Positions 37,288 to 51,910 of a stretch of 64,000 nucleotides of DNA are shown here, piece by piece (position 1 is the stretch's first letter; every line of letters starts with the position of its first letter). Where the stretch lies: contig CAXXMU010000006.1 in the NCBI GenBank assembly GCA_963667785.2, positions 192,001 through 256,000 on the forward strand, in the 5' to 3' direction. The stretch comes from Alphaproteobacteria bacterium (lineage in GTDB: Bacteria > Pseudomonadota > Alphaproteobacteria > UBA828). The translations under genes were made by a program, and so were the position numbers. Under the pieces are notes generated by a model, which worked only from the letters and a program-made list of their open reading frames with translations, was not told the DNA's origin and made no database searches.

Positions 37288-38670
37288 ATGCCCGGCACCT
37301 GGAACCCCGGCCGCTGGCGCGGGCTGCCGATCAAGCAGCAGCCGGCCTGGCCGGACAAGGCGGCGCTCGCCGGCGTCGAGGAGCGGCTGAGCCGCACGCC
37401 GCCGCTGGTCTTCGCCGGCGAGGCGCGCAGGCTGCGCGAGCGCCTGGCGCGGGTCTGCCAGGGGCACTCCTTCCTCCTGCAGGGCGGCGACTGCGCCGAG
37501 AGCTTCGCCGAGTTCCACCCGGACACGGTGCGCGACACCTTCCGCGTCCTGCTGCAGATGGCGGTGGTGCTGACCTATGGCGCCAAGGTGCCGGTGGTGA
37601 AGGTGGGCCGCCTTGCGGGCCAGTTCGCGAAGCCCCGCTCGTCGGACACCGAGACAGTGGGCGAGACCACGCTGCCGGCCTACCGCGGCGACATGATCAA
37701 CGGCATGGCCTTCGACGGCACGTCGCGCCGGCCCGCGCCCAAGCGCCTGCTCCAGGCCTACGGCCAGTCGGCGTCTACGCTCAACCTGCTGCGGGCGCTT
37801 GCTCACGGCGGCTACGCCGGCCTCCACGCGGTGCACCGCTGGAACCTCGGCTTCGTCGCCGAGAGCACCCAGGGCGCGCGCTACAGGGCCATGGCCGACC
37901 AGATCGGCGAGACGCTCGACTTCATGGCCGCCTGCGGGCTCACCGAGGAGACCTCCCCGCAGATTCGCGAGACCGAGTTCTACACCTCCCACGAGGCGCT
38001 GATCCTGGAATACGAGCAGGCGCTGACGCGGATCGATTCGACCACCGGCGAGTGGTACGACTGCTCCGCGCACATGCTCTGGATCGGCGATCGCACGCGC
38101 CAGCCCGACGGCGCCCATGTCGACTTCCTGAGCGGCGTCGGCAACCCGGTCGGCATCAAGGCGGGCCCCAGCCTGGACCCGGACGAGCTGCTCGCCCTCA
38201 TCGACCGGCTCAACCCGCAGGACGAGCCCGGCCGGATCACGGTGATCGCGCGCATGGGGCACGAGGCGGCCGAGGCCAAGCTGCCGCCGCTGGTGCGCGC
38301 CGTGAAGCGCGAGGGCCGGCAGGTGGTATGGTCGTGCGACCCCATGCACGGCAACACGATCAAGTCCTCGAACGGCTACAAGACCCGCGTCTTCGACCAG
38401 GTGCTGGCCGAGGTGCGCGCCTTCTTCGCGGTGCACCGGGCGGAGGGCACCTATCCCGGCGGCGTCCACTTCGAGATGACCGGCCAGGACGTGACCGAAT
38501 GTCTCGGCGGCGCCCAGGCGATCACCGAGGAGGACCTGTCGGACCGCTACCACACCCATTGCGATCCGCGCCTCAACGCCTCGCAGGCGCTCGAGCTCGC
38601 CTTCCTGATCGCCGAGCACATCAGGGAGGAGCGGGCGACTCCCGCGCAGCCGAGGGCGCTGCACGGTTAG
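37288..38670 (+). CDS. Class II 3-deoxy-7-phosphoheptulonate (DAHP) synthase
   Basis: [40 protein letters not shown]. Confidence 0.96.
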   Translation: MPGTWNPGRWRGLPIKQQPAWPDKAALAGVEERLSRTPPLVFAGEARRLRERLARVCQGHSFLLQGGDCAESFAEFHPDTVRDTFRVLLQMAVVLTYGAKVPVVKVGRLAGQFAKPRSSDTETVGETTLPAYRGDMINGMAFDGTSRRPAPKRLLQAYGQSASTLNLLRALAHGGYAGLHAVHRWNLGFVAESTQGARYRAMADQIGETLDFMAACGLTEETSPQIRETEFYTSHEALILEYEQALTRIDSTTGEWYDCSAHMLWIGDRTRQPDGAHVDFLSGVGNPVGIKAGPSLDPDELLALIDRLNPQDEPGRITVIARMGHEAAEAKLPPLVRAVKREGRQVVWSCDPMHGNTIKSSNGYKTRVFDQVLAEVRAFFAVHRAEGTYPGGVHFEMTGQDVTECLGGAQAITEEDLSDRYHTHCDPRLNASQALELAFLIAEHIREERATPAQPRALHG

Positions 38671-38686
38671 CCGGGCCGGGCGCGCC

Positions 38687-39844
38687 ATGCTGCACCAGAA
38701 CGGCCCTCGCGATCGCGAGGTCGCCCGCTACACCGACCACTACTTCACGCGCACGCGCACGGCGATCGCCCGCTTCGGCGATTCGCGCGTCACCTACGCG
38801 CTGTTCCTGAGGCGGCCGGTCTGCTTCGCGCCGCGCCTGATGATCGATTGGCTGGAGGCGGTCGCGGCCGAGCGCGACACCCGCTTCACCATCGAGTGCC
38901 AGTTCGAGGAGGGCGCATGGGTCGGCGCCGGCGAGCCGCTGATCTACCTCTCCGGCTCCTTCCGCCACCTGGTCGATCTCGAGACCCTCTACCTGCAACG
39001 GCTGGGCGCCGCCTGCGTCGCCGCCTACAACGCCTACGCCATGGCCCGCGCGCTCCCCAAGGTGGGCTTCCTGGCGATGGACGCGCGGCACTGCGCCGGC
39101 ATCGAGATGGCCGAGATGATGGCCTATGCGGCGAGCGTCGGCTCCCGCGCGGCGCAGAAGGAGGCCGGCGCCGTCGGCTTCATCGGCAACGCGACGGACG
39201 CGACCGCCCACTATTTCGGCAACCAGCGGGGCTACGGCACGATGCCGCATGCCTTCATCGGCTATGCCGGCTCCACGGTCCGCGCCGCGGAGATGTATCA
39301 CGAGATCTTCGACGGCGAGCCGATGACCGTGCTGGTCGACTACTACGGGCAGGAGATCACCGATTCGCTCGCCGTCTGCGAACGCTTCCCCGACCTCGCC
39401 CGGCAGGGCGATCTCAGCATCCGCCTCGATACCCACGGCAGCCGCTACGTCGAGGGCCTGGACATGGCCGAGTCCTATTCGGTGCTGGAGCGCTACAGCC
39501 CGAACGCGGTGCGCGAATACCGCACCGAGGCGGAGCTGCGCTGGCTCAACGGCACCGGGGTCAGCGCGGCGGCGCTCTTCCACCTGCGCGCAGCGCTCGA
39601 CCAGGCGGGCTTTCCCAAGGTGAAGATCGTCGCGAGCTCTGGCTTCGGCCCGGCCAAGTGCCGGGTCATGGCCAGCGTGAACGCGCCGATCGACGTGATC
39701 GGCACCGGCTCCTTCCTGCCCGAGAACTGGTCCGAGACCTTCGCCACGGCCGATATCGTCGACTATGGCGGCACGGCGCGGGTCAAGCTCGGCCGCGAGT
39801 TTCTGCTACGCAACGGCAGCGGCACATCGGAGCCCACACGCTAG
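38687..39844 (+). CDS. pncB: Nicotinate phosphoribosyltransferase family protein
   Basis: TDHYF, GTMPHA, LVDY, IRLDT, ASSGF, GTGS; adjacent to nadE. Confidence 0.78.
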   Translation: MLHQNGPRDREVARYTDHYFTRTRTAIARFGDSRVTYALFLRRPVCFAPRLMIDWLEAVAAERDTRFTIECQFEEGAWVGAGEPLIYLSGSFRHLVDLETLYLQRLGAACVAAYNAYAMARALPKVGFLAMDARHCAGIEMAEMMAYAASVGSRAAQKEAGAVGFIGNATDATAHYFGNQRGYGTMPHAFIGYAGSTVRAAEMYHEIFDGEPMTVLVDYYGQEITDSLAVCERFPDLARQGDLSIRLDTHGSRYVEGLDMAESYSVLERYSPNAVREYRTEAELRWLNGTGVSAAALFHLRAALDQAGFPKVKIVASSGFGPAKCRVMASVNAPIDVIGTGSFLPENWSETFATADIVDYGGTARVKLGREFLLRNGSGTSEPTR

Positions 39845-40018
39845 AGCGTGTCCGCTTTACACGGAACCGCTCTAGCCTCTTTGTCGCTCACGGCAGCCGA
39901 CCTGCGGTCGGCGCCGTCGCGCGGGACGCGCGCGGAGCGCACGATGCGGACGCGCCGCATAAGCGGCGGGCCGCAGTCGCGGCCTGTCGCGTATCCGTCA
40001 AAGACGGATACGCTCTAG
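39841..40018 (+). mobile_element. About 178-bp MITE-like palindromic element, copy 2 (variant core)
   Basis: CTAGAGCG...CGCTCTAG; arms match copies 1 and 3; TAG 39842-44 is the pncB stop. Confidence 0.85.
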
Positions 40019-40105
40019 GAGCGCCGTGCAGGCCCGCGCGCGCAGGGCAGGAGGCGATAATCGGAGCCGGCAGTCGCCGGCTCATCCGTGTATAACCGTG
40101 CCGCC

Positions 40106-41767
40106 ATGACCGACACGCTCGCCATCGCGCTCGCGCAGCTCAATCCCACGGTGGGGGATCTCGAGGGCAACAGGGCACTGATCCTGCGCGCCCGGACGCG
40201 GGCCGCGGCGGAGGGCGCGGACCTCGTGATCTGCACCGAGCTCGTGGTCACCGGCTATCCGCCGGAGGACCTCGTGCTCAAGCCGATGTTCCAGGAGCAG
40301 ACGCGCGCCGTCGTCGACGCGCTCGCCGAGGCGACGGCGGACGGCGGCCCGGCGCTCCTGATCGGCGCTCCCTGGGCCGAGGACGACAAGCTCTATAACG
40401 CCGTGCTGCTGCTCGACGGCGGCCGGGTCGAGGCCCGGCGCTACAAGTACGAGCTTCCCAACTACGGGGTCTTCGACGAGGTGCGCGTGTTCGCGCGGGC
40501 CGGCCTGCCGGGGCCGATTCCCTTCCGCGGCGTGCGCCTCGGCGCCATGGTCTGCGAGGACATGTGGTTCCCCGAGGTCGCCGAGTGCCTCGCGGAATCG
40601 GGCGCGGAGATCATGATCGCGATCAACGGCTCGCCCTTCGAGAGCGACAAGGGCGATGCACGCCTCAATCTCGCCGTGGCGCGGATCGGCGAGACCGGCC
40701 TGCCGCTGATCTACGTCAACCAGGTGGGGGGGCAGGACGAGCTGGTCTTCGACGGCGCCTCCTTCGTCCTCGGCGCCGACCACGGCCTCCGTGCCCAGGC
40801 GCCGGCCTTCGAGGAGGCGGTCGTGCTCACGCACTGGTCGCGCGAAGAGGGCGGCTGGGCCTGCGCGCAAGGCGCCTGCGCCGCGCTGCCCGAGGGCCAC
40901 GCCGCCACCTGGCGGGCCATGACCGCAGGCCTCGCCGACTACGTCGCGAAGAACGGCTTTCCCGGCGTCCTCATCGGGCTCTCCGGCGGGATCGATTCCG
41001 CGCTCACGGCGGCCGTCGCCGTCGATGCGCTGGGGCCTGAGCGCGTCTTCTGCGTCGCCATGCCGTCCCGCTACACCGCGCAGTCCTCGCTCGACGACGC
41101 AGCCGAATGCGCGCGCCTGCTCGGCGTCCGCCACGAGGTGGTGGGGATCGAGCCTGCGGTCGATGCGATGGACGGCATGCTCGCGCCGCTCTTCGCCGGC
41201 CGCGCGGCCGACGAGACCGAGGAGAACATCCAGGCGCGGGTGCGCGGCGTCATCCTCATGGCGATCAGCAACAAGCTCGGCCACATGGTGCTCACCACCG
41301 GCAACAAGTCCGAGATGTCGGTGGGCTACGCCACGCTCTACGGCGACATGTGCGGCGGCTACTCCGTGCTGAAGGACGTCTACAAGACCGACGTGTTCGA
41401 GATGGCGCGCTGGCGCAACCGGAACTGGATGGCGGGCCTGGACGGGCCACAGGGGCCGGTGGTGCCCGAGGCGATCATCGAGAAGCCGCCGAGCGCGGAG
41501 CTCCGCCCCGACCAGACCGATCAGGACACGCTGCCGCCCTACGAGGTGCTCGACGACGTGCTGAGCGGACTGGTGGAGGAGGAGCGCTCGATTGCGGAAA
41601 TCGTCGCCCGCGGCCACGCGGCGGAGACCGTGGAGCGCATCTGGCGGATGCTCGATGTCGCCGAGTACAAGCGGCGCCAGGCGCCGCCCGGCATCAAGCT
41701 CACGCTGCGCTCCTTCGGCAAGGACCGCCGCTACCCCATCACCAACCGCTACCGCGGGGCCGGCTGA
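40106..41767 (+). CDS. nadE: Glutamine-dependent NAD+ synthetase
   Basis: Nitrilase domain (EL..TGYPPED, K..LPNY, CEDMW) plus SGGIDSA, ENIQAR, TGNKSE, PPSAEL. Confidence 0.97.
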   Translation: MTDTLAIALAQLNPTVGDLEGNRALILRARTRAAAEGADLVICTELVVTGYPPEDLVLKPMFQEQTRAVVDALAEATADGGPALLIGAPWAEDDKLYNAVLLLDGGRVEARRYKYELPNYGVFDEVRVFARAGLPGPIPFRGVRLGAMVCEDMWFPEVAECLAESGAEIMIAINGSPFESDKGDARLNLAVARIGETGLPLIYVNQVGGQDELVFDGASFVLGADHGLRAQAPAFEEAVVLTHWSREEGGWACAQGACAALPEGHAATWRAMTAGLADYVAKNGFPGVLIGLSGGIDSALTAAVAVDALGPERVFCVAMPSRYTAQSSLDDAAECARLLGVRHEVVGIEPAVDAMDGMLAPLFAGRAADETEENIQARVRGVILMAISNKLGHMVLTTGNKSEMSVGYATLYGDMCGGYSVLKDVYKTDVFEMARWRNRNWMAGLDGPQGPVVPEAIIEKPPSAELRPDQTDQDTLPPYEVLDDVLSGLVEEERSIAEIVARGHAAETVERIWRMLDVAEYKRRQAPPGIKLTLRSFGKDRRYPITNRYRGAG

Positions 41768-41770
41768 GCG

Positions 41771-43153
<1,383 letters not shown>

Positions 43154-43197
43154 GCGGCGGGAGCCGACTCCGCCCCTTCGCCTCACCGGGCTGAGCC

Positions 43198-43986
43198 GTG
43201 GCGGGGACCGACCGTCGCAAGAGCCGCGCGGCGGACCATGTCGACGAGGACGCGCCGGCGGTCATCCTGGTGCGCCCCCAGCTCGGCGAGAACATCGGCA
43301 CGGCGGCCCGCGCGATGCTGAACTGCGGCCTCTCCGAGCTGCGCCTGGTGGAGCCTCGCGACGGCTGGCCCAACGTCAAGGCGTTGGGCGCGGCCTCGGG
43401 CGCCGACACGGTGCTGAGCGGCGCGCGGGTCTTCGCGACCGTGGCGGAGGCCGTGAGCGATCTCAACCTGGTCCACGCCACCACGGCGAGACCGAGGGAG
43501 ATGCTGAAGCCGGTGCTGGCGCCGGGTGCTGCGATCGCGACGCTGCGCGAGGGCGCCCGCCGGGGCGCCCGCCTCGGCCTGCTCTTCGGGCCGGAGAAGG
43601 CGGGCCTCCGTAACGAGGAGCTGGTGCTGGCCGACGCCATCGTCAGCATCCCGCTCAACCCCGCCTTCGCCTCGCTCAACCTGGCCCAGGCGGTGCTCAT
43701 CATGGCCTACGAATGGCGCCTCGCGGGCGCCGCGCCGGAAGAGGAGCCGCCCCCGCCGCCGGCCAGCGGCAGCGCGCGGCCCGCCACCAAGGACGAGATC
43801 CTGCACTTCTTCGCGCACCTGGAGGGCGAGCTCGACGCCCGCGGCTTCTACCCCACGCCCGAGATGCGGCCCCGGATGGTGCTGAACATGCGCAACATGT
43901 TCGAGCGCATCTCGCTCACCCGCCAGGACGTGCAGACGCTCAGGGGCGTCGTGCGCGCGCTGACCGGCGGGCGGCTACGGCGCTAG
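43198..43986 (+). CDS. trmJ: TrmJ/LasT-family SPOUT RNA methyltransferase
   Basis: PQLGENIGTAARAM, ATTAR, FGPEKAGL.NEE, SLNLAQAV. Confidence 0.9.
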   Translation: MAGTDRRKSRAADHVDEDAPAVILVRPQLGENIGTAARAMLNCGLSELRLVEPRDGWPNVKALGAASGADTVLSGARVFATVAEAVSDLNLVHATTARPREMLKPVLAPGAAIATLREGARRGARLGLLFGPEKAGLRNEELVLADAIVSIPLNPAFASLNLAQAVLIMAYEWRLAGAAPEEEPPPPPASGSARPATKDEILHFFAHLEGELDARGFYPTPEMRPRMVLNMRNMFERISLTRQDVQTLRGVVRALTGGRLRR

Positions 43987-44162
43987 AGCGTGTCCGTTTT
44001 ACACGGAAACGCTCCAGCCTCTTTGTCGCTCACGGCAGCCGGCCGTCCAGCGATTCCGCGCGCCTGCCGGCGCGACGGCCGGCGCCTCCGCGAGGGCGCC
44101 GCATGAGCGGCGGGCCGCAGTCGCGGCCTGTCGCGTATCCGTCAAAGACGGATGCGCTCCAG
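43983..44162 (+). mobile_element. 180-bp MITE-like palindromic element, copy 3
   Basis: CTAGAGCG...CGCTCCAG; TAG 43984-86 is the trmJ stop; ends 17 bp before the rpsD -35 box. Confidence 0.85.
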
Positions 44163-44179
44163 TCCCCCGGTTCGGCCGA

Positions 44180-44207
44180 TTGACACGGGACCTTCGAGGG
44201 CTATAGT
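44180..44207 (+). promoter_or_regulatory. sigma70 promoter of rpsD
   Basis: TTGACA-N16-TATAGT followed by a GC-rich discriminator. Confidence 0.75.
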
Positions 44208-44264
44208 GCGCCCGGCTCGCCGCCCCGGAGCGGCGGCGCGCGTCCTCCCACCGGCACGGGCACG

Positions 44265-44879
44265 ATGAGCAAGCGACAGCAGTCGAAATACAAGATTTGC
44301 CGGCGCCTCGGCGTCAACCTCTGGGGCCGGCCCAAGAGCCCGACCAACCGGCGCGACTACGGGCCGGGACAGCACGGCCAGCGTCGGCGCAAGCCGTCGG
44401 ACTTCGGCGTGCAGCTCTCGGCCAAGCAGCGCCTGCGCGGCTACTACGGCAACATCACCGAGAAGCAGTTCCGCCGCTACTACAAGGCGGCCGGCGACCG
44501 CAAGGGCGATACCGGCGAGAACCTGATCGGGCTGCTGGAGCGGCGCCTCGATGCGGTCGTCTACCGCATGAAGTTCGTGCCGACCGTGTTCGCGGCGCGG
44601 CAGTTCGTGAGCCATGGCCACATCCTGGTCAACGGCCGCCGGGTGACGATCCCGAGCTATCTGGTCAAGGACGAGGACCGGATCGAGGTGCGGGAGCGCT
44701 CGCGCCAGCTGCCGCTGGTGCTGGAGGCGGTGGATTCGCCCGAGCGCGACGTGCCCGACTATCTTGAGGTCGACCACGACCGGATGGAGGGCCGCTTCAT
44801 CCGCGCGCCGAAGCTCGCCGACGTGCCCTATCCGGTGCAGATGGAGCCCAACCTGGTCATCGAGTACTACTCGCGTTAG
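44265..44879 (+). CDS. rpsD: 30S ribosomal protein S4
   Basis: [33 protein letters not shown]. Confidence 0.99.
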   Translation: MSKRQQSKYKICRRLGVNLWGRPKSPTNRRDYGPGQHGQRRRKPSDFGVQLSAKQRLRGYYGNITEKQFRRYYKAAGDRKGDTGENLIGLLERRLDAVVYRMKFVPTVFAARQFVSHGHILVNGRRVTIPSYLVKDEDRIEVRERSRQLPLVLEAVDSPERDVPDYLEVDHDRMEGRFIRAPKLADVPYPVQMEPNLVIEYYSR

Positions 44880-44923
44880 GGCGCGTCAGGCGGTTCCTTC
44901 GCCTCGAGCCAGGCACCCCACCA

Positions 44924-45009
44924 CGTCATGGCCGGGCTCGTCCCGGCCATCCACGTGTCTCCGCCTCGTTTGGCTGATAGAGATGCCCGGAACAAGTCCG
45001 GGCATGACG
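44924..45009. repeat. CGTC-tagged palindromic REP-type doublet, copy 2
   Basis: CGTCATGGCCGGGCTCGTCCCGGCCATCCA...GATGCCCGGAACAAGTCCGGGCATGACG. Confidence 0.85.
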
Positions 45010-45115
45010 GCGTGTGTGGGTGATCGGGTCGGAACGAGCGCACCCTGCCGATTGACAGGGCGCCCCATCCCCGCTTTTGTCTGTCCCAGGCCCCCCGAGG
45101 CATGGGAGGAGCGAG

Positions 45116-45700
45116 ATGGGCACGATGGCGTTCGAGCACCACCTGCTGCAGGAGTCCGGCACCAGCCCCAACAACGGGACGCTGCCGCTGATCGTCTACC
45201 GCGATGCCGTGGACGTCGGCGGCGACGAGCCGGAAGCCGCCGTCGAGCGCCACTTCGGCGCCAACGGCTGGGGCGACGGCTTTCGCGGCGACACCTTCCC
45301 CTTTCACCACTACCACTCGATCGCACACGAGGTCGTGGGCTGCGCGCGCGGCGCGGCGCGGCTGCAGTTCGGCGGGCCGGACGGGCCAGTGGTCGACGTG
45401 AAGGCCGGCGACGCGGTGCTGATCCCCGCCGGCGTGGTCCATGTCCGCCTCGACGACGAGCCGGGCTATGTCAGCGTCGGCGCCTATCCGCCGGGGCAGC
45501 AGCCGGATCTCTGCGTGCTGTGGGACGAGGATGCGGCGGTCTCCCGCGCGAGGGACGACACCGAGGGCCTGGCGCTGAAGGTCGTGGGCGAGGCCGAGAT
45601 GCCCGCGATCCGGGCCACCATCGCCGCGGTCCCGCTGCCTGAGAGCGACCCGCTGGCGGGCGCGCGCGGCCCGGTGGCGGAACTCTGGTTCGACCGCTGA
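45116..45700 (+). CDS. Cupin-domain protein (YjlB-like)
   Basis: PNN..LP, NGW, HHYHS..HE, FGG, IPAGVVH, VGAYP. Confidence 0.85.
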   Translation: MGTMAFEHHLLQESGTSPNNGTLPLIVYRDAVDVGGDEPEAAVERHFGANGWGDGFRGDTFPFHHYHSIAHEVVGCARGAARLQFGGPDGPVVDVKAGDAVLIPAGVVHVRLDDEPGYVSVGAYPPGQQPDLCVLWDEDAAVSRARDDTEGLALKVVGEAEMPAIRATIAAVPLPESDPLAGARGPVAELWFDR

Positions 45701-45715
45701 GCCTCGGCGCTCACG

Positions 45716-46060
45716 TCACGCGAACACGCTGAAGTCGAGGGCGAGCTTCTCGCCGAGCCAGAGCGGGTAGTCGCGGTGGTCGGCGAGGTCGTCGCCGGTG
45801 TTGGGGTGGACCAGCACCGGGTGTCCCCGCCTGTTGAGCATCAGCCAGGGCACGATCTCGTCGAAGACGGCAGGCTCGAAGGCCACCTGGAACATGTGCA
45901 TGGGGTGCGGCCCCACGCGCTTGTCGCGCCAGCGCCCGAGCCGCACGGGGAAGCGCGCGATCAGATCGGTCCTGACCGCGGCGGCGCTCCGCCGCGTCGA
46001 CGGCTCGTAGTAGACGTGGGCGTGGTAGCTGGCGATCGCCGCCGGAGGCAGCGAAATCAA
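45716..46060 (-). CDS. DOPA 4,5-dioxygenase family protein
   Basis: [30 protein letters not shown]; TTG start overlaps grxD TGA. Confidence 0.85.
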   Translation of the reverse strand: MISLPPAAIASYHAHVYYEPSTRRSAAAVRTDLIARFPVRLGRWRDKRVGPHPMHMFQVAFEPAVFDEIVPWLMLNRRGHPVLVHPNTGDDLADHRDYPLWLGEKLALDFSVFA

Positions 46061-46410
46061 GCGCGTGGCTCGACGCCGATGCCCTTCGTGCTCAGGAACT
46101 CCGAGAGCTCGCCGGTCTCGTACATCTCGCGGACGATGTCGCAGCCGCCCACGAACTCGCCCTTGACGTAGAGCTGCGGGATCGTCGGCCAGTCGCTGAA
46201 GCGCTTGATGCCCTGGCGGACCTCCGGGTCCTCGAGCACGTCGAAGCCCTTGAAGCGCACGCCGAGCAGCGAGAGCATCTGCACGACGGTGGCGGAGAAC
46301 CCGCACTGCGGGAACACCGGCGTCCCCTTCATGAACAGGACGACGTCGTTCTCGTCGATGAGGGCCCGGATTCTGTTGTCGACCGGTCCGCTGGTCGTGG
46401 CCTCCATCAT
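46057..46410 (-). CDS. grxD: Monothiol glutaredoxin (Grx4)
   Basis: [21 protein letters not shown]. Confidence 0.97.
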   Translation of the reverse strand: MMEATTSGPVDNRIRALIDENDVVLFMKGTPVFPQCGFSATVVQMLSLLGVRFKGFDVLEDPEVRQGIKRFSDWPTIPQLYVKGEFVGGCDIVREMYETGELSEFLSTKGIGVEPRA

Positions 46411-46438
46411 GCGAAATCCCCTTTCGTTTCCGATCCGC

Positions 46439-46678
46439 TCAGGCGTCCGCGGGCACGCCGGTCTGCAGTGCGAGCGCGTGGAGCTGGTCGCCCATCCGCC
46501 CGCGCAGGGCGCGATAGACCATCTGGTGCTGCTCCACCCGCGACTTGCCCGCGAAGGCGGCGGAGATCACCCGCGCCGCATAGTGGTCGCCGTCGCCGCG
46601 CAGGTCGTCGATGTGAATCTGCGCGTCGGGCAATGCCTCGCGAATGAGCTGCTCGATCTCCTGCACGTCCATCGGCAT
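46439..46678 (-). CDS. bolA: BolA family protein
   Basis: [25 protein letters not shown]. Confidence 0.95.
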   Translation of the reverse strand: MPMDVQEIEQLIREALPDAQIHIDDLRGDGDHYAARVISAAFAGKSRVEQHQMVYRALRGRMGDQLHALALQTGVPADA

Positions 46679-46702
46679 CGGCGGTGCTCTCAGGCGGTGC
46701 TT

Positions 46703-48981
<2,279 letters not shown>

Positions 48982-48985
<4 letters not shown>

Positions 48986-49671
48986 GAGAGCGCCTCCGCC
49001 AGCGCATCGAACATGACGCGCCCGTCGGCGCCGCCGAGGGCGGACTCCGCGGCGCGCTCGGGATGCGGCATCAGGCCGAGCACGGTGCGGGCCGGATTGA
49101 GGATGCCGGCGATGTGGGCGGCGGAGCCGTTGGGATTGGCGCCGTCGCCGGTCTGGCCCCCGTCGTCGACATAGCGGAAGGCGACCAGCCCCTCGCCTTC
49201 GAGCCGGGCCAGCGTGTCCTCGTCCGCGCAGTAGTTGCCGTCGTGATGGGCGATCGGCATGCGCACCACCTGGCCGGCACTATAGCCGCCGGTGAACACG
49301 CTCTCGCTCGTCTCCACCATGAGGCTCACCCAGCGGCAGACGAAGCGCAGGCCTGCGTTCCGCATCAGCGCGCCGGGCAGCAGCCCCGCCTCGGTCGCGA
49401 CCTGGAAGCCGTTGCAGATCGCCAGCAGGGGCACGCCGGCGCCGGCGCGCCGCACCACGTCTGCCATCGCCGGTGAGCGCGCCGCCATGGCGCCCGCGCG
49501 CAGGTAGTCGCCGTGGGCGAAGCCGCCGGGGAGCACGATCAGGTCGCAGGCGGGCAGCGTCGCCTCGTCGTGCCAGACCATCGCCGGCGCCCTGCCGCAG
49601 CTCGCCTCCAGCGCCACCATGACATCGCGGTCGCAGTTGGAGCCGGGAAAGACCACGACAGCCGCCTTCAT
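48982..49671 (-). CDS. purQ: FGAM synthase glutaminase subunit PurQ
   Basis: FPGSNCD, PGGF..GDYLR, ICNGFQ, MPHPER. Confidence 0.97.
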
Positions 49672-49730
49672 GGCGCCCCCGCAGTCTGGTGTCGCTCGTT
49701 CTCCCTGCCGTGCAGGACCGGAGCACGCTT

Positions 49731-49838
49731 CCCACCTCCCCCTGTCCCCCTCCCCCAAGGGCGGAGGGGGAACGCAGACGGTACCGGCGGGCTCTCCCTC
49801 TCCGCCCCCGGGGGCGGAGAGGGCCGGGGTGAGGTGGG
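49731..49838. repeat. CCCTCTCC/GGAGAGGG-type palindromic REP doublet
   Basis: Outer CCCACCTC...GAGGTGGG inverted repeat enclosing two hairpins; lies between purS and purQ. Confidence 0.75.
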
Positions 49839-49867
49839 GGTGGAGATATGGACTGGGGCGCGCCCGG

Positions 49868-50110
49868 TCATTCCGCCAGGTCGATGGTGTAGTCCTCGAT
49901 CACGGTGTTGGCGAGCAGGCGCGCGCACATGGCGTCGAGCTGGGCGCGCGCCGCCTGCGGATCGGTCTCGGCGAGGTCGAGTTCGAGATACTTGCCCTGG
50001 CGCACGTCCTCGACGCCGGCGAATCCCATGCGCGCGAGCGTGCTCGCGATCGCCTTTCCTTGGGGGTCGAGAACGCCGGGCTTGAGGGTGATGTGGACTC
50101 GGGCTCGCAC
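49868..50110 (-). CDS. purS: FGAM synthase subunit PurS
   Basis: [25 protein letters not shown]. Confidence 0.97.
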   Translation of the reverse strand: MRARVHITLKPGVLDPQGKAIASTLARMGFAGVEDVRQGKYLELDLAETDPQAARAQLDAMCARLLANTVIEDYTIDLAE

Positions 50111-50116
50111 GCGGTC

Positions 50117-50890
50117 TCACGCGCGCTGGTCGTCGTCGCGATCGCCGTTCAAGTCGTGGACCACCGCCTCGGGCATGAGGCCGAGCCTGCGCGCCACCTC
50201 CTGATAGGCCTCGGAGACCCGGCCGAGATCGCGGCGGAAGCGGTCCTTGTCCAGCTTCTCGTCGGTCTCCAGGTCCCACAGCCGGCAGCTATCGGGGGTG
50301 ATCTCGTCGGCCAGCACGATGCGCATGTCCTCGCCGTGCCAGAGCCGGCCGAACTCGAGCTTGAAGTCCACCAGCCGGATGCCGATGCCGTGGAACAGCC
50401 CGCTGAGGAAGTCGTTGATGCGCAGCGACATCGACAGGATGTCGTCGAGCTCCTGCGGCGTCGCCCAGCCGAAGGCGGTGATGTGCTCCTCGGAGACCAG
50501 CGGGTCGTCGAGCTCGTCGTTCTTGTAGCAGTACTCGACGATCGAGCGCGGAAGCTGGGCGCCCTCCTTGAGGCCGAGCCGCTTGACCAGCGTGCCCGCG
50601 GCGTAGTTGCGGATGATCACCTCGACCGGGATGATCTCCACCTCGCGGATCAGCTGCTCGCGCATGTTCAGCCGGCGCATGAAGTGGGTGGGCACGCCGA
50701 TCTCGTTGAGGCGCGCCATCAGGTGCTCGGAGATGCGGTTGTTGAGCACACCCTTGCCGGTGATGACGCCCTGCTTCTTGTTGTTGAAGGCGGAGGCGTC
50801 GTCTTTGAAGTACTGCACCAGGGTGCCGGGCTCGGGACCTTCGTAGAGAACCTTGGCCTTGCCTTCGTAGATCCGCCTGCGACGGGACAT
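50117..50890 (-). CDS. purC: SAICAR synthetase
   Basis: [33 protein letters not shown]. Confidence 0.98.
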   Translation of the reverse strand: MSRRRRIYEGKAKVLYEGPEPGTLVQYFKDDASAFNNKKQGVITGKGVLNNRISEHLMARLNEIGVPTHFMRRLNMREQLIREVEIIPVEVIIRNYAAGTLVKRLGLKEGAQLPRSIVEYCYKNDELDDPLVSEEHITAFGWATPQELDDILSMSLRINDFLSGLFHGIGIRLVDFKLEFGRLWHGEDMRIVLADEITPDSCRLWDLETDEKLDKDRFRRDLGRVSEAYQEVARRLGLMPEAVVHDLNGDRDDDQRA

Positions 50891-51056
50891 GATCGGGATC
50901 CTATGAGCGGGGGCGGGGCGCCGGGACGGCGCGGGTCGCGCTCCCGATACCCCGTCAACATAGTCAGATCAAGGCGCCAGCACAATCGCCCGTCGACGCC
51001 CGCCTGCCGGTCGCGGAGCCCAGCGCACCGGCCCCGCCCGGCGCCGTCAGCCCCTC

Positions 51057-51806
51057 CTAGAAACCAATGTTTTCAAAGGTATGCCGGGCCGGCGGGCCGG
51101 CAGCGAAGAGCCAGACCGGGCGGGTCGCGGGCGGGCCGGGGCGGGGCAGCGCGATGAGCGAGGCGTTGACCGTGCCGAATCCGCCGACAGGTTCGATGCA
51201 CATGGCGGCGTCCGCATCGCCGCCCGAGTCGCCGGCTCCGCGCGCGAGCAGCGCCGCCCACGAGCCCCAGTCGCCGTCCGCGGGCTCGGGCGGCGGCGCC
51301 GCCTCGAAGGCCGCGAGGTGGGTGCGGATGCGGGTCGAGGCTCGGTCGTTGCGCTCGCGCGCCGTGAACATGGAGAGTCCTGCCGGCAGTGGGTGGGACG
51401 CCGGCGCGCCGGCGCCGTCGTGGCGGAGCCAGAAGGCCTCGTCCGAATCCGCCACCACGAGGTTGAACGGGCGATAGGCCTCGCCGTCGATCCCGGCCAG
51501 CGCCGAGGCCGCGGCCGCGGCGTCGGCATGGTCCAGCGCATCGAGCACCAGCTCGCCCCGCGAGCGCTTGTCCGCCGCGGGCCCGAGCGCGCCGGTGCGG
51601 TTCAGGATGCCGGCGACCACGCCGTCGTCGTTGACGCCGAGCCAGCTTCCGCCGGCGAGCTCGTCCTGCCCTGCGGTCACCCCTGCCCGGTCGGGCCAGT
51701 GGCGCCCCGGCCCCCGCCACGGGCGGTCGATCATCTCGTCCCGATTGGCGGCGACGAGCACCGGCCAGTCGTGACCGGGCCGGCGCAGGATGACGAGCGT
51801 GCACAT
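51057..51806 (-). CDS. NRDE/TANGO2 family protein
   Basis: MC start, AANRDE, GGSWLG, SRGELV, FNL, FGTV. Confidence 0.9.
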   Translation of the reverse strand: MCTLVILRRPGHDWPVLVAANRDEMIDRPWRGPGRHWPDRAGVTAGQDELAGGSWLGVNDDGVVAGILNRTGALGPAADKRSRGELVLDALDHADAAAAASALAGIDGEAYRPFNLVVADSDEAFWLRHDGAGAPASHPLPAGLSMFTARERNDRASTRIRTHLAAFEAAPPPEPADGDWGSWAALLARGAGDSGGDADAAMCIEPVGGFGTVNASLIALPRPGPPATRPVWLFAAGPPARHTFENIGF

Positions 51807-51910
51807 CAGCCGCCGCCTGAACCGCGTGCCGCGCCCCGGCGGGCGTGGACCGGGGCCGGCCCCTCTGGCACAATGCGCGCGCGTCCAATCATTGGCTGGG
51901 AGCCCGGGGT

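Noticed and set aside
44265-44879. rpsD outside the alpha operon as an anomaly
   Set aside because: A stand-alone rpsD is the normal arrangement in Alphaproteobacteria
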